From positions 42,183 to 106,182 of the forward strand of contig JBILLK010000035.1 in assembly GCA_044376115.1 (NCBI GenBank): DNA of 64,000 nucleotides, given 5' to 3'. The notes under the pieces were generated by a model. It searched no databases. It had not been told where the DNA came from and saw only the letters and a program-made list of their open reading frames with translations. Both the position numbers and the translations under genes were made by a program. Position 1 is the first letter of the stretch, and every line of letters starts with the position of its first letter. Source of the stretch: Polyangiaceae bacterium. Lineage in GTDB: Bacteria; Myxococcota_A; Polyangia; Polyangiales; Polyangiaceae. This document shows, in pieces, positions 20,293 to 29,292 of this stretch.

Positions 20293-21732
20293 ATGAACGT
20301 GGCTCTCGCCGCTGCGCTTCTGGCCGCTCCCGTAGCGGCCCAGACCGTCGGCGCGCCGGACAATGCAGCGGCGCCCAACGCAGCGGCGCCCAAAGCAACG
20401 CCGCCCCCCAAGACCGAGAACTCGAAGCCTTGGCGTCTTTACGAGGCATTGGGCACGGAGCCGTACTTCAAGTTTGGGCTCGAGCATCGGGTGCGGTTGG
20501 AGCACCTGGTGAATGACTTCCGCGCAAGCACACCTTTGGACGCCTCGGCCATCGCCTTTCGAACGCTGCTGAGCGCCGAGGGAAAGCTCGGGCCGGTAGT
20601 GCTCGGCGCGGAGCTGCAAGACTCACGGCAGATCGCCACCGATGAAACGCCAGTGAACACCGGGGCGATCAACACCTTTGAGCTTTTGCAGGGGTACATC
20701 GGAATCCGCGCCAAGGACGTACTGGCGAAGGGTGATTCGCTCGAGGTTCTGTTTGGTCGTCAGACCATGGATCTCGCGAATCGTCGCCTGGTCGCGCGCA
20801 ATGACTTCCGCAATACCTCCAATGGCTATTCGGGGTTGTCCCTCAATTGGCTGAGCACGGACAAACATCAGGTTCGGTCCTTTGCATTCTTTCCGGTCAA
20901 TCGGTTGGTTAGCGAGGAAGAGGAGCTGCGGGACAACCTGACCGAGTTCGACCAGGAGAATACGCATCAGATATTATGGGGTAGTTACGTACTGCTCAAT
21001 TCGGTGTTGGATAGCTCGAACGTGGAGTTCTACGTGGTCGGCCTGCATGAGTCGGACGGAGCGGTGGAGTCGGCGAACCGTCGTTTGACGACGCCGGTGC
21101 TGCGCTGGTTTCGGCCTGCAGCGGCCGGTCAGTTCGACTTCCAGCTCGAGGGGATGGCGCAACTCGGGCGCTCGCGAGCCAGCAACAAGCCTGAGGATGT
21201 TCGGGACCTCGAGCACCGTGCATTCGCCACGCACGCCTCGCTGGGCTACCAAGTAGCGGTGCCATGGGCGCCGCGTTTTTCGCTCGGGCATGACTACGCG
21301 ACAGGTGATGCTTCTCCAGAGGACGACGAGAACAACCGCTTTGATACCTTGTTTGGCGCTCGGCGCTTTGAGTTTGGCCCGACTGGCCTCTTTGGCGCGC
21401 TCAGTCGTAACAACGTAGTCTCTCCGTTCGTCCGCTTCGAGGCCGTGCCGATCAAGCCGATTGAACTGATGACGTCGCATCGTTTGGCTTGGCTCGCGAG
21501 TCCCACCGACGCTTGGGTTCCGGCGGGACAACGTGATGAGTCCGGCAGCTCTGGCACCTTCATCGGATACCTCGCTGAGTTGCGGGCACGTTGGACTCCA
21601 TTCCCCAAGAACCTAAACTTCGAGTTCGGAGGGGCCGTGCTCACCCGTGGCGGCTTCGCCAAAGAAACAGCGCCGGGAACGCGCGGAGCGCCCCCCCTCT
21701 ATAGTTATCTCCAAGCCACGGCAGCGCTGTAG
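20293..21732 (+). CDS. Alginate export family outer-membrane beta-barrel protein
   Basis: Signal peptide; ELQDSR, GRQTMDLANRRLVARNDFRNT, DYATGD, RFDTLFGARRFEFGPTG. Start could be 20260. Confidence 0.85.
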   Translation: MNVALAAALLAAPVAAQTVGAPDNAAAPNAAAPKATPPPKTENSKPWRLYEALGTEPYFKFGLEHRVRLEHLVNDFRASTPLDASAIAFRTLLSAEGKLGPVVLGAELQDSRQIATDETPVNTGAINTFELLQGYIGIRAKDVLAKGDSLEVLFGRQTMDLANRRLVARNDFRNTSNGYSGLSLNWLSTDKHQVRSFAFFPVNRLVSEEEELRDNLTEFDQENTHQILWGSYVLLNSVLDSSNVEFYVVGLHESDGAVESANRRLTTPVLRWFRPAAAGQFDFQLEGMAQLGRSRASNKPEDVRDLEHRAFATHASLGYQVAVPWAPRFSLGHDYATGDASPEDDENNRFDTLFGARRFEFGPTGLFGALSRNNVVSPFVRFEAVPIKPIELMTSHRLAWLASPTDAWVPAGQRDESGSSGTFIGYLAELRARWTPFPKNLNFEFGGAVLTRGGFAKETAPGTRGAPPLYSYLQATAAL

Positions 21733-21744
21733 CGCTGGTTGGGC

Positions 21745-21923
21745 GTCATTCAACCGCAGGTTGATGCAGCGAACAGAATGGCTCGGGCCTTCTTCGACAA
21801 CGACGGCCGAAGGCCCCGTAGTCATTCCGCCGAAGGCGGATGCAGCAAACAGAATGACTCGTGCCCTCTTCGAGAGAATCCGCCGAAGGCCCCGATGAAC
21901 CTTTGACTTGGCATGAGTCATTT
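21745..21923. repeat. REP/MITE-like element, copies B and C (76-bp tandem period)
   Basis: Units start at 21745 and 21821; share gatgcagcgaacagaatg..gccgaaggccccg with copy A at 10942. Confidence 0.75.
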
Positions 21924-22346
21924 ACGCAATACCAGCGAGGCGTTCTCGAAGGAGCCGTTGCTGCCAGAGACTTTGGCAGAAACCGTATAATCCTTGCCCG
22001 CGGGTACATCGAGCTTGCAGCTCATCAAGCACTCGCAGTTGGCTTTTACACTGTTATTGATGGTGACCGTGTTGCCACAAACGCTGGAGCTGCAGGTGGA
22101 GGTAGAGCACTCGGCGTCCGCGACTACGGTTTTCCCGTCCTTCACCTCGACGCTGTATTTGAGCTTGGGATCTTTGCTGCCCTCCCATTCCCCCTTGTAG
22201 TCCGCCCATACCTTCACAGCGCCGCCCTTCCAATCGGCCTCGCCGGAGTCCCCAGGCCCATCGAGCTGTACGCGCGCGACCTCTTCACCGCGGCACGCCG
22301 AAGCAAGCACGAGACCCCCCAAAGCCAACGGACGTAGCTTGTTCAT
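21918..22346 (-). CDS. Hypothetical Cys-rich lipoprotein
   Basis: LASAC lipobox; six further Cys. Confidence 0.7.
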   Translation of the reverse strand: MNKLRPLALGGLVLASACRGEEVARVQLDGPGDSGEADWKGGAVKVWADYKGEWEGSKDPKLKYSVEVKDGKTVVADAECSTSTCSSSVCGNTVTINNSVKANCECLMSCKLDVPAGKDYTVSAKVSGSNGSFENASLVLRK

Positions 22347-22502
22347 CGTTGGATGATGCAGCGGGTCGCGGCGCAAGGTCAATTGTGGCTTAGGCGCTTC
22401 CCCGCCGGTGGTCCGTCTAGTCGTGTTTGGCGTGCTGGACGGTAAACCTGCGCGTCCTGGTCGCTGAGCGGAATAAGAATCGCGGTAGCCTGCGTTTCAA
22501 GA

Positions 22503-23327
22503 ATGTTGCACGCCCTATTGTTCCAACGTCGCCTCTCGTTCGTTCTCCTTTCGCTCTGTGCTTGCGGCGCGAAGCCCTCGTCGCGAGTCGAGCCAGGTCG
22601 TTCGCTCGAGCCCGACGCCCAAGCGGCTTTGTCCTCGCCGGGGCAACGTCCACCTACTCCCCCGACCGCGACCGCGTCGGCTCCTTCGAGCGTCGCCCCT
22701 GCGACTGCATCCGCCTCGGCGCCGCCACTGCCGAACAAGCCAGCACCGCTCTCCCTCGGATTTACCGCCGGCGCCCCGCCCGCGGGCGTCCCAGCCGCGC
22801 TGTACGCCTCGCTCTTCGAGATCAAAAGGAGCTGGAAACTCAGCGGCGAGAAGAAGCACTCGCACACCGAGGACAAGCCAGTGAACACGAAGGTGAAGTT
22901 CAGCGCCATGTGCCAGGTCATCAGCGTGGAGAGCTACACCTGGGGCGTGTGGTCGCAAGTCGCGTGCAATGACCTGCCCGCTGCCGGCTCGACGAACCTC
23001 TTGGCCGGCCACTGGTTCGCCACCGAGCGCGGCCTCTTCCATCTGGAGGATATCGGCGCCGGCGGGCTGGTCCTCGAGGATGAGGCGTTGGTGCTACCAA
23101 CCGTCCCCAAAGCCGAGCAGAAGGAAGAAAAAGACGCGGAGATGGAGGGCTTCTTCTCGAAGCGGCGCGTCTATCAAGAGAAGGCCGCTTGGTGCTTCGA
23201 GTCCATCTTCGCCGGCGGTGACGAGGGCTGGCACGGGGTCTGTATCGACGAGAAGCGAGGCTTCGTCTCTGGCAACTACGGCTGGGCCGGCGGCTCCAGT
23301 GACGAGGTCACGTTCACGGCGAAGTAG
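22503..23327 (+). CDS. Hypothetical lipoprotein with Pro/Ala linker
   Basis: LCAC lipobox; GC3-biased frame. Confidence 0.65.
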   Translation: MLHALLFQRRLSFVLLSLCACGAKPSSRVEPGRSLEPDAQAALSSPGQRPPTPPTATASAPSSVAPATASASAPPLPNKPAPLSLGFTAGAPPAGVPAALYASLFEIKRSWKLSGEKKHSHTEDKPVNTKVKFSAMCQVISVESYTWGVWSQVACNDLPAAGSTNLLAGHWFATERGLFHLEDIGAGGLVLEDEALVLPTVPKAEQKEEKDAEMEGFFSKRRVYQEKAAWCFESIFAGGDEGWHGVCIDEKRGFVSGNYGWAGGSSDEVTFTAK

Positions 23328-23344
23328 ACCTCCGATAGCGGCGC

Positions 23345-24598
23345 TCAGCTCGGGCGCTTTATCAGCGTATCCAGGACCTTCTGCGACTCTGCTGGATCAT
23401 CGCTTTCAACGGCCAAGAAGAGACCGCTGGCGCTGAAGACCTTGGCCACATTGGTGAGGCGCTTTCGCTCCTCGGGCGAGAGTGCGTCGGTGCCGGCCTT
23501 GGCGCTGACGAAGGTCAACGTGAAGGTGCGCGTGCCCTTTTTGGCTGTGATGACGACGGCATTAGTGCCTGCCGGGATGGTGCTCGATAGGTCGGTAAAA
23601 CCATTGTCCCTTAGCGCCTTCTCGATCTCGAGCGCGGTAACCTCAGCGAGTACCTTGCCGGCGATCGTTGGCTCAGCTGCCGTCTTGCCTGTCGTTTCAG
23701 TGGCGGGCTTTTCACCGGGGCTGAAGCTGATAGGGAAGGTCACCTTGACCACGCCGCTTTCGGGCTTTGGAAAGCTCAAGGAAGCGAAGGTTTGGCTTAC
23801 GCAGGAGACGACCTCTTTGTCATTCAGATCGCTATTGGTTGCGATCCCTTCCGTGGCTCCAGTGGCGCTAATGGTGAAGGAGGTGGTGATTTTGCCGGCC
23901 AACGTAGGATTGTTGGTTAGCCCCTTCTCGTAGCAATACCGGATACGGCTGAACTGCCGGCGAACAACGCGTTGCACGACCTCGGGAGCGAGGCCGCCGG
24001 AGACCGTGGTTGCGCCCATGCGAACCGAAGGTGATGAGGCTTTGGGGCCACCCGATAGCCGCCCTGATCCAAAGCCGATAGCCCCGCCGCCAGCACCGGC
24101 GCCCCTGCCCAAGGTTCCGACATTGCCCAGCCCAATTCCCTCGGCGCGCCCGGTACCGCCGAGCCCCGCTCCGCTACCACGAAGGCCAAGCCCGCCGACG
24201 CCGTAGGCCTCTCCGATCTCGTCCCCCCACATGTTGCCGCGCGCAGATACGCCGTCGCGACCGAAGAGGTCGGCTGAGGCGCCTTTGCTGTCGAGCAGCC
24301 CAATCATGCCCATCTCGGCGGCTTGTCGCAGGGCTTCCTGGCGCGCGAGGTGAGGGTCGACGTTGGCGCTGCTCGGGGCTTTGATGCCTGAGGCGGCGGC
24401 CGAGGCAACGGCGCTGGCGCTTGGTACCGCGCTCTCAACGGCTGCGGGGCTGTCACTGACCACCGCAGTAGCGGTGGGCTCGCCGGAGCTGGCCAGCTGG
24501 GCCGCCGGCGCCGGCTCCTGACCTTGGGGCTCCTGCGTTTGACACGCAAGGACCCCGAGAAGGCCAACCGTAAACAACCGCGCTGCAAGCTTGCTCAT
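23345..24598 (-). CDS. AgmX/PglI C-terminal (TonB-C-like) domain lipoprotein
   Basis: VLAC lipobox; GNMWGDEIGEAYGVGGLG; VVQRVVRRQFSRIRYCYE...SCVSQTFASLSFPKPESGVVKVTFPISF. Confidence 0.85.
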   Translation of the reverse strand: MSKLAARLFTVGLLGVLACQTQEPQGQEPAPAAQLASSGEPTATAVVSDSPAAVESAVPSASAVASAAASGIKAPSSANVDPHLARQEALRQAAEMGMIGLLDSKGASADLFGRDGVSARGNMWGDEIGEAYGVGGLGLRGSGAGLGGTGRAEGIGLGNVGTLGRGAGAGGGAIGFGSGRLSGGPKASSPSVRMGATTVSGGLAPEVVQRVVRRQFSRIRYCYEKGLTNNPTLAGKITTSFTISATGATEGIATNSDLNDKEVVSCVSQTFASLSFPKPESGVVKVTFPISFSPGEKPATETTGKTAAEPTIAGKVLAEVTALEIEKALRDNGFTDLSSTIPAGTNAVVITAKKGTRTFTLTFVSAKAGTDALSPEERKRLTNVAKVFSASGLFLAVESDDPAESQKVLDTLIKRPS

Positions 24599-24759
24599 GC
24601 GTATCTCCAGACCTCGACCCACACGCGAGGCGGCACTTATACGCTGTTTCGCGCTCGTCCTCCCCGCGAGGAAGGGGGTGCGGCATGGGAGATGCGCGCG
24701 GTTGCACACAATCCACGCCACTGGCGTAAGGTTTCCGCCGCACCCGAGACTAACGGGGC

Positions 24760-25299
24760 ATGGTTGATGGAGTTCCTTTGTCGCACCGAGAGAAGGCAGA
24801 CCCGTGGGAGGCGCCCTCGCAGGTGGCTTTCGATGCGCTGATGAGCCGCCACGGCCCAGGGCTCGCACGGGTTGCTCGGGCCTATTCGCGCAGCGAGGCG
24901 GACGATCTGCTGCAGGAGATCAGCCTCGCGATCTGGCAGGCGCTGCCAAACTTTCGGCGCGAATGCTCGGAGCGGACGTTCGTCTTTCGCGTTGCCCACA
25001 ACCGCGCCTGGACCTTCTCTGAGCGGCGGCGCGCGCGGCCGACGCATGAGCTTGACGAGTCGATTCCGGCGACTGGCGATCCTGAGTCGTCGCTCGCCGA
25101 GGCCCGGCGAAGAGACGCGTTATGGGACGGTATCCGGGCCCTCGCGCCACCCGCGCGCATGGTCCTCACGCTAGCGCTCGAGGGCCTCAGTCACGACGAG
25201 ATCGGTGAGGTGCTCGGGGTATCGGCAGGGAGCGTCGCTGTGCGGTTGAGCCGCGCACGGGCGCAGCTTCGAGAATGGATGCAAGGAGGTACACGATGA
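24760..25299 (+). CDS. ECF RNA polymerase sigma factor
   Basis: DDLLQEI, TFVFRVAHN, LEGLSHDEIGEVLG..VAVRLSRAR. Confidence 0.92.
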   Translation: MVDGVPLSHREKADPWEAPSQVAFDALMSRHGPGLARVARAYSRSEADDLLQEISLAIWQALPNFRRECSERTFVFRVAHNRAWTFSERRRARPTHELDESIPATGDPESSLAEARRRDALWDGIRALAPPARMVLTLALEGLSHDEIGEVLGVSAGSVAVRLSRARAQLREWMQGGTR

Positions 25300-25907
25300 A
25301 GCTCGAGGAAGAGTGGGCCCAGTGGGAGAGCGACTTTCGATCGGCGCCGCGCCGCACGATCGACGCGACGGTGCTCAATGAACTCATCAAAAAGAGCCAA
25401 CGCAAGACGCTGCTAGCGCGCGTCGTCGAGGTCGGCTCTTTGGTGTTCGGCCTGGTGACGTTTGGCGTGCTCGTGACCCGCACCCCAGCGATATGGCCAA
25501 TCGCGTCGCTGTGTATGGCCGGGCTCTTCGCCATGCTGCTCCACGCGACACACGTTCGAAGCCGCACCACGACGCACTCCCCGACGATCGCGAGCTATGT
25601 CTCGCTCGAGCTGGATCGCAAACGGAAGGGGCTCAAGATTCACAAGGTTGGCGTGCTCTTCCAAGGGCTCTTCACCGTCGCCTTCGGGCTGTGGCTCCCG
25701 TACTTCTTGATGACGACGCGCGAGGCCCAAGGGGCGAATGTGCCGTGGCTCGTCGTGCGGCTCGTGTTCGCGGCCGTCGCGCTCCCTGCAGTGTGGCTCT
25801 ATCTATTGCACAAGGGCACAAAGCTCGAGGCCGAGCTGAAGAAGCTCGAGACCGTCCAGAGCGAACTGTCGGACGTCCCGGCTACCGAAGTGACGCCTCC
25901 GGCCTAG
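25296..25907 (+). CDS. Putative membrane anti-sigma factor (4 TM)
   Basis: ATGA overlap with the ECF gene; GGAGG RBS; four hydrophobic helices. Confidence 0.65.
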   Translation: MKLEEEWAQWESDFRSAPRRTIDATVLNELIKKSQRKTLLARVVEVGSLVFGLVTFGVLVTRTPAIWPIASLCMAGLFAMLLHATHVRSRTTTHSPTIASYVSLELDRKRKGLKIHKVGVLFQGLFTVAFGLWLPYFLMTTREAQGANVPWLVVRLVFAAVALPAVWLYLLHKGTKLEAELKKLETVQSELSDVPATEVTPPA

Positions 25908-25990
25908 TCGACTTGAAAGATCTCGATGTTCCAAGCCATGGGAGGGGCCTCACAACTAGCTTCTTGGGAGGCGACACTGATAAGCCTTGC

Positions 25991-26689
25991 TCAGCGTACC
26001 GGCTTTGGGCGCGGCGGCTTGGGTCGGTGCCTATCGAAGTAATCCTGAGGGCCCTTCTGTGCTGGACGACCGGTAAAGCCTTTCCACTCTGGGAGGGGCG
26101 CGACGGAGGTAACGGCGTCTGCGGAGCCAGTCGGCACCGTGAGCGTGCTGCTTATTGCGGAGGCGGCGGGGCTCGCAGTGGTGATCACCTCGGGGTCCTC
26201 CGACCAGAACCATAGGCCGCCGGCTGCACCCGCGAGGCTGCCTGCTGCCACACTGGCACCGACCATCACTAGGCGACGTACGCGCTTCTTCCTTACGCCT
26301 ACCGGGCAATCGGAAGTCAACACGGTTCCGTCGTCGCGACGGAAGAGTCGCAGGCACGGGACCTCACCGGATTGATCGGTGATTAATTGCAGAGCCTCGA
26401 CGCGGGTCATGGCAGCGACGTTGAACACGTCCTTGTCGCAGCTCGTGCAATGGCGAACGCGATCATCGCCGACCATCTGCTCCCAAGCTTGGTCGCAAGG
26501 GGAAGCGATGTGCAGGTCCTCGAGTGGGCCTTGCGCCCGGGCGGAGGCCAGATGGGCCCGCAGCTTTTCGACCTCGCGCAGCAGCTCCTCACGACGGTCC
26601 GCAGCTCGATCCAGCGCGCGCAGCTCTTCTTCCAGCTGCACGAGACGGTCGGCGGTGGCCTCAACGTCGCTACGATACGGCTCGGTCAT
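25991..26689 (-). CDS. Hypothetical protein with coiled coil, Cys cluster and single TM (paralogue 2)
   Basis: IASPCDQAWEQMVGDDRVRHCTSCDKDVFN...CLRLFRRDDGTVLTSDCPVG. Confidence 0.75.
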   Translation of the reverse strand: MTEPYRSDVEATADRLVQLEEELRALDRAADRREELLREVEKLRAHLASARAQGPLEDLHIASPCDQAWEQMVGDDRVRHCTSCDKDVFNVAAMTRVEALQLITDQSGEVPCLRLFRRDDGTVLTSDCPVGVRKKRVRRLVMVGASVAAGSLAGAAGGLWFWSEDPEVITTASPAASAISSTLTVPTGSADAVTSVAPLPEWKGFTGRPAQKGPQDYFDRHRPKPPRPKPVR

Positions 26690-26862
26690 GGGTGGCTCGG
26701 TTCGACTCCTCAGCCGGTCAGACGTTCCCGAGATAGTGCTGTATCCGCTTTCGGCGCGTTTGCCAGCGTGGCAACCACCTACTTCATCGATCAATGCACC
26801 GCCCCCGACGCAACAGAGTACCGCGTGGTCGCGATCTCAAAGCAACCGCAGGTCCCACCCGG

Positions 26863-27609
26863 TCAACGAACCGGAAGGCCGGGGCGCGGCGTGGTTTGAT
26901 TGCTCGGGGTGGAACGCTGCTTTCGGATGGTCTCCCGTGCGGGGCTATCGTTGGCAGGCCAAGTAGCACTGTCGACGGACATGGCTTTTCCCATCCTTAC
27001 TTCGGGTTGTGTCGTGGGTACGACGGGGGCAGCGGTTCCCATCAACGCGGGCTCGGGGCGCCGCTGCCCAGCGCTGGCCGAGGGAGATGGATGAATATCG
27101 CCCATACGGGCTTGCGGACCGTCCGCCCAGAACCACAGCGCGCCGGCAGCGCCGGCGACGCTCGCAGCAACGCCGGCGCCGGCCATGACCAGCCGACGAA
27201 CCCGCTGCTTTTTTACGCCAACCGGGCAATCGGCGGTAATCACTGTGCCGTCTTCGCGCCGGAAGAGCCGCAGGCAAAGCCCCTCGCTGGTTTGATTGGT
27301 GATGAGTTGCAGCGCCTCAGCACGCGTCATGCCAGCGACGTTGTAGACGTCCTTGTCGCAGCTACTGCAATGACGAACCCGGTCGTCCCCGAGCATTCGC
27401 TCCCAACGTTGATTGCACGGGGAAGCGATGCGCAGGTCCTCGAGCGGGCCGCGCGCCCTGGCAGAAGCCAAGTGCGCCCGGAGCTCCTCGACCTCGCGTT
27501 GCAGCTGCTCCCGCCGTGCTGCCGCGCGATCCAGCGAGCGGAGCTCCTCTTCGAGCTGCAAGAGGCGGTCAGCGGTAGCATCCGTGTCGGTGCGGTAGGG
27601 CTCGGTCAT
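26863..27609 (-). CDS. Hypothetical protein with coiled coil, Cys cluster and single TM (paralogue 1)
   Basis: IASPCNQRWERMLGDDRVRHCSSCDKDVYN...; collinear with paralogue 2 over ~160 aa. Confidence 0.75.
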   Translation of the reverse strand: MTEPYRTDTDATADRLLQLEEELRSLDRAAARREQLQREVEELRAHLASARARGPLEDLRIASPCNQRWERMLGDDRVRHCSSCDKDVYNVAGMTRAEALQLITNQTSEGLCLRLFRREDGTVITADCPVGVKKQRVRRLVMAGAGVAASVAGAAGALWFWADGPQARMGDIHPSPSASAGQRRPEPALMGTAAPVVPTTQPEVRMGKAMSVDSATWPANDSPARETIRKQRSTPSNQTTPRPGLPVR

Positions 27610-27715
27610 CGTGCCGGGTTCGACGCACGAGACGGACCGTTATTAGGGAGAATTTTCTTAGCGAAAAAATGAAAGGCCGGCTCGAGTCGTGGTGCCATGG
27701 CTGGCGAGGTGGCTC

Positions 27716-28678
27716 TTACCTCGAGTCGCAATCAGCATCGGCAGTCGTGAATCGATAACGAGCTGCGGTTTTGTACTGCATCGTACCGTCCGCCTCGGTG
27801 CAGATGGTTTGTGCCGAGGTCTTGCCGTAGGTGGCGCCGCCGTGCTGCTGTGCGCGGCCTAGACTCGTTAATGCGCCCGCAAAGAGCTCGGCCGCCGAGG
27901 CTGTCCAGCGATTGACCATTAGCGTGAGCGGGAGCTCGAGCGCGATGGCAGCTCCACGGGCTCGAATCGGGGTCTTGTCACCGTCTGCGTCCTCTTGCTC
28001 GAACAGCGTAGTGCCGGGCGTAATGAATAATCCGAGTGCGCGGATACAGGCGGAGAGCTCGCCTCCTGGATTGTTGCGTAAATCGATGATGAGCTGCGCA
28101 ATGCCCTGGGCTTGAAGCTCGCTAACGGCTTGTTGCAAAGCTCCGGGAACATCAGCGCTGAAGGTGCTGATGCGAATGACGCCAATGCGTCCGAAGCAGC
28201 GGGCGCGTACAGCGTTGCCCAGCGGAGCCTCGAGCTCATGGCGCAAGGATTCGAGCGAAGGGCTGGCTGTTTCGGCCTTGCTCTGCTTGCGAGCGCGGGT
28301 GAAGAAGACGTTGGTCGTCGCCGGAACCAGCACGGCGCCCAAGGGGTTGTTCATCGAGTTGCCGGTGGTGGGCGCTGTGAGGTTGATGGCCGGCTGCTTC
28401 TCGACGAAGACCACAGCGTTGCCGGCGGTGAAGGCTCCAGCGCCTTTGATCGTCGGGTGGGCCGTGCCGGCCTCGTCCCCGCTCGTCATCGGGATTTTAC
28501 TAGATAGATTGAGCGCGCCCATCATGCTGACATTGACGATGGCCGAGAAGGGCGTTGCTTGCGCGTGCATCGCCATATTGGGATAAGGCACCGGCGCGGT
28601 TGCCGGGCCTACGATGGTATTGCACACGTCGGGGAAGCCGATGTTGGTACCGGAACCACGGTTGGAAGCGGGGAGCAT
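27716..28678 (-). CDS. PAAR-like DUF4150 domain fused to an S41 (tail-specific) peptidase domain
   Basis: GFPDVC..PVPYPN..TSGDEAG (DUF4150); IIDLRNNPGG, TASAAE, TYGK (S41). Confidence 0.85.
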   Translation of the reverse strand: MLPASNRGSGTNIGFPDVCNTIVGPATAPVPYPNMAMHAQATPFSAIVNVSMMGALNLSSKIPMTSGDEAGTAHPTIKGAGAFTAGNAVVFVEKQPAINLTAPTTGNSMNNPLGAVLVPATTNVFFTRARKQSKAETASPSLESLRHELEAPLGNAVRARCFGRIGVIRISTFSADVPGALQQAVSELQAQGIAQLIIDLRNNPGGELSACIRALGLFITPGTTLFEQEDADGDKTPIRARGAAIALELPLTLMVNRWTASAAELFAGALTSLGRAQQHGGATYGKTSAQTICTEADGTMQYKTAARYRFTTADADCDSR

Positions 28679-28691
28679 CTGGGTCTTCCTT

Positions 28692-29261
28692 TCAGCCGAG
28701 GTGGATACGCTTGCCGTTGACCGCCACCGTCTCTTCGGTGAGCAGCGAGATGTCGCGCGCCTTGGTGGTATCCCGGCCGTCCACCACGGTGTTCTTCGAG
28801 CCGAGGTGCTGACTGAGCGAGCCACGCACGCGCTCCACCAGCGAGCCAAGCTTGTGCACCGCTGCGTCGGCGACCACCTTCATCGCCCCGGTGAGGATCT
28901 GGACCTCTTGCGACTCGATGGTGACTCCGCGATCGCCGGTGAGCGAGAGATTGCCGCCACGCGCGCGGATCGCCACGTCGCCGGGCAGATCCAGGCAGGT
29001 GCGCCCTTTGCCGTTCAGCACGCCAATCGCGTAGGCCGCTCCTTCGGAGCGCGTAACCACCAGCTCGTCGCCTTCCGCCGGCACGTACGCGACCACGAAG
29101 GCCGAGCGCACATGCAGCGTTTCACCGTCGGGCAGCCGCACGAAGGCGCCGCTTTGCGTGACGTCCAGCACGATGGCCGGACCGAGGTAGAAGCCGTTCG
29201 GCTTCTTGTCGTTGAGCTTATGGGTACGCGATGCGAAATCTTGAACAGCTTGAAGCGACAT
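28692..29261 (-). CDS. DUF3540 family protein (T6SS spike-associated)
   Basis: YVPAEGDELVV, YAIGVL, AVNGKRIHLG C-terminus; position between pentapeptide and PAAR genes. Confidence 0.8.
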   Translation of the reverse strand: MSLQAVQDFASRTHKLNDKKPNGFYLGPAIVLDVTQSGAFVRLPDGETLHVRSAFVVAYVPAEGDELVVTRSEGAAYAIGVLNGKGRTCLDLPGDVAIRARGGNLSLTGDRGVTIESQEVQILTGAMKVVADAAVHKLGSLVERVRGSLSQHLGSKNTVVDGRDTTKARDISLLTEETVAVNGKRIHLG

Positions 29262-29292
29262 GAGTTCCTTTCAGAGGTTCAGGGAGTTGCGG

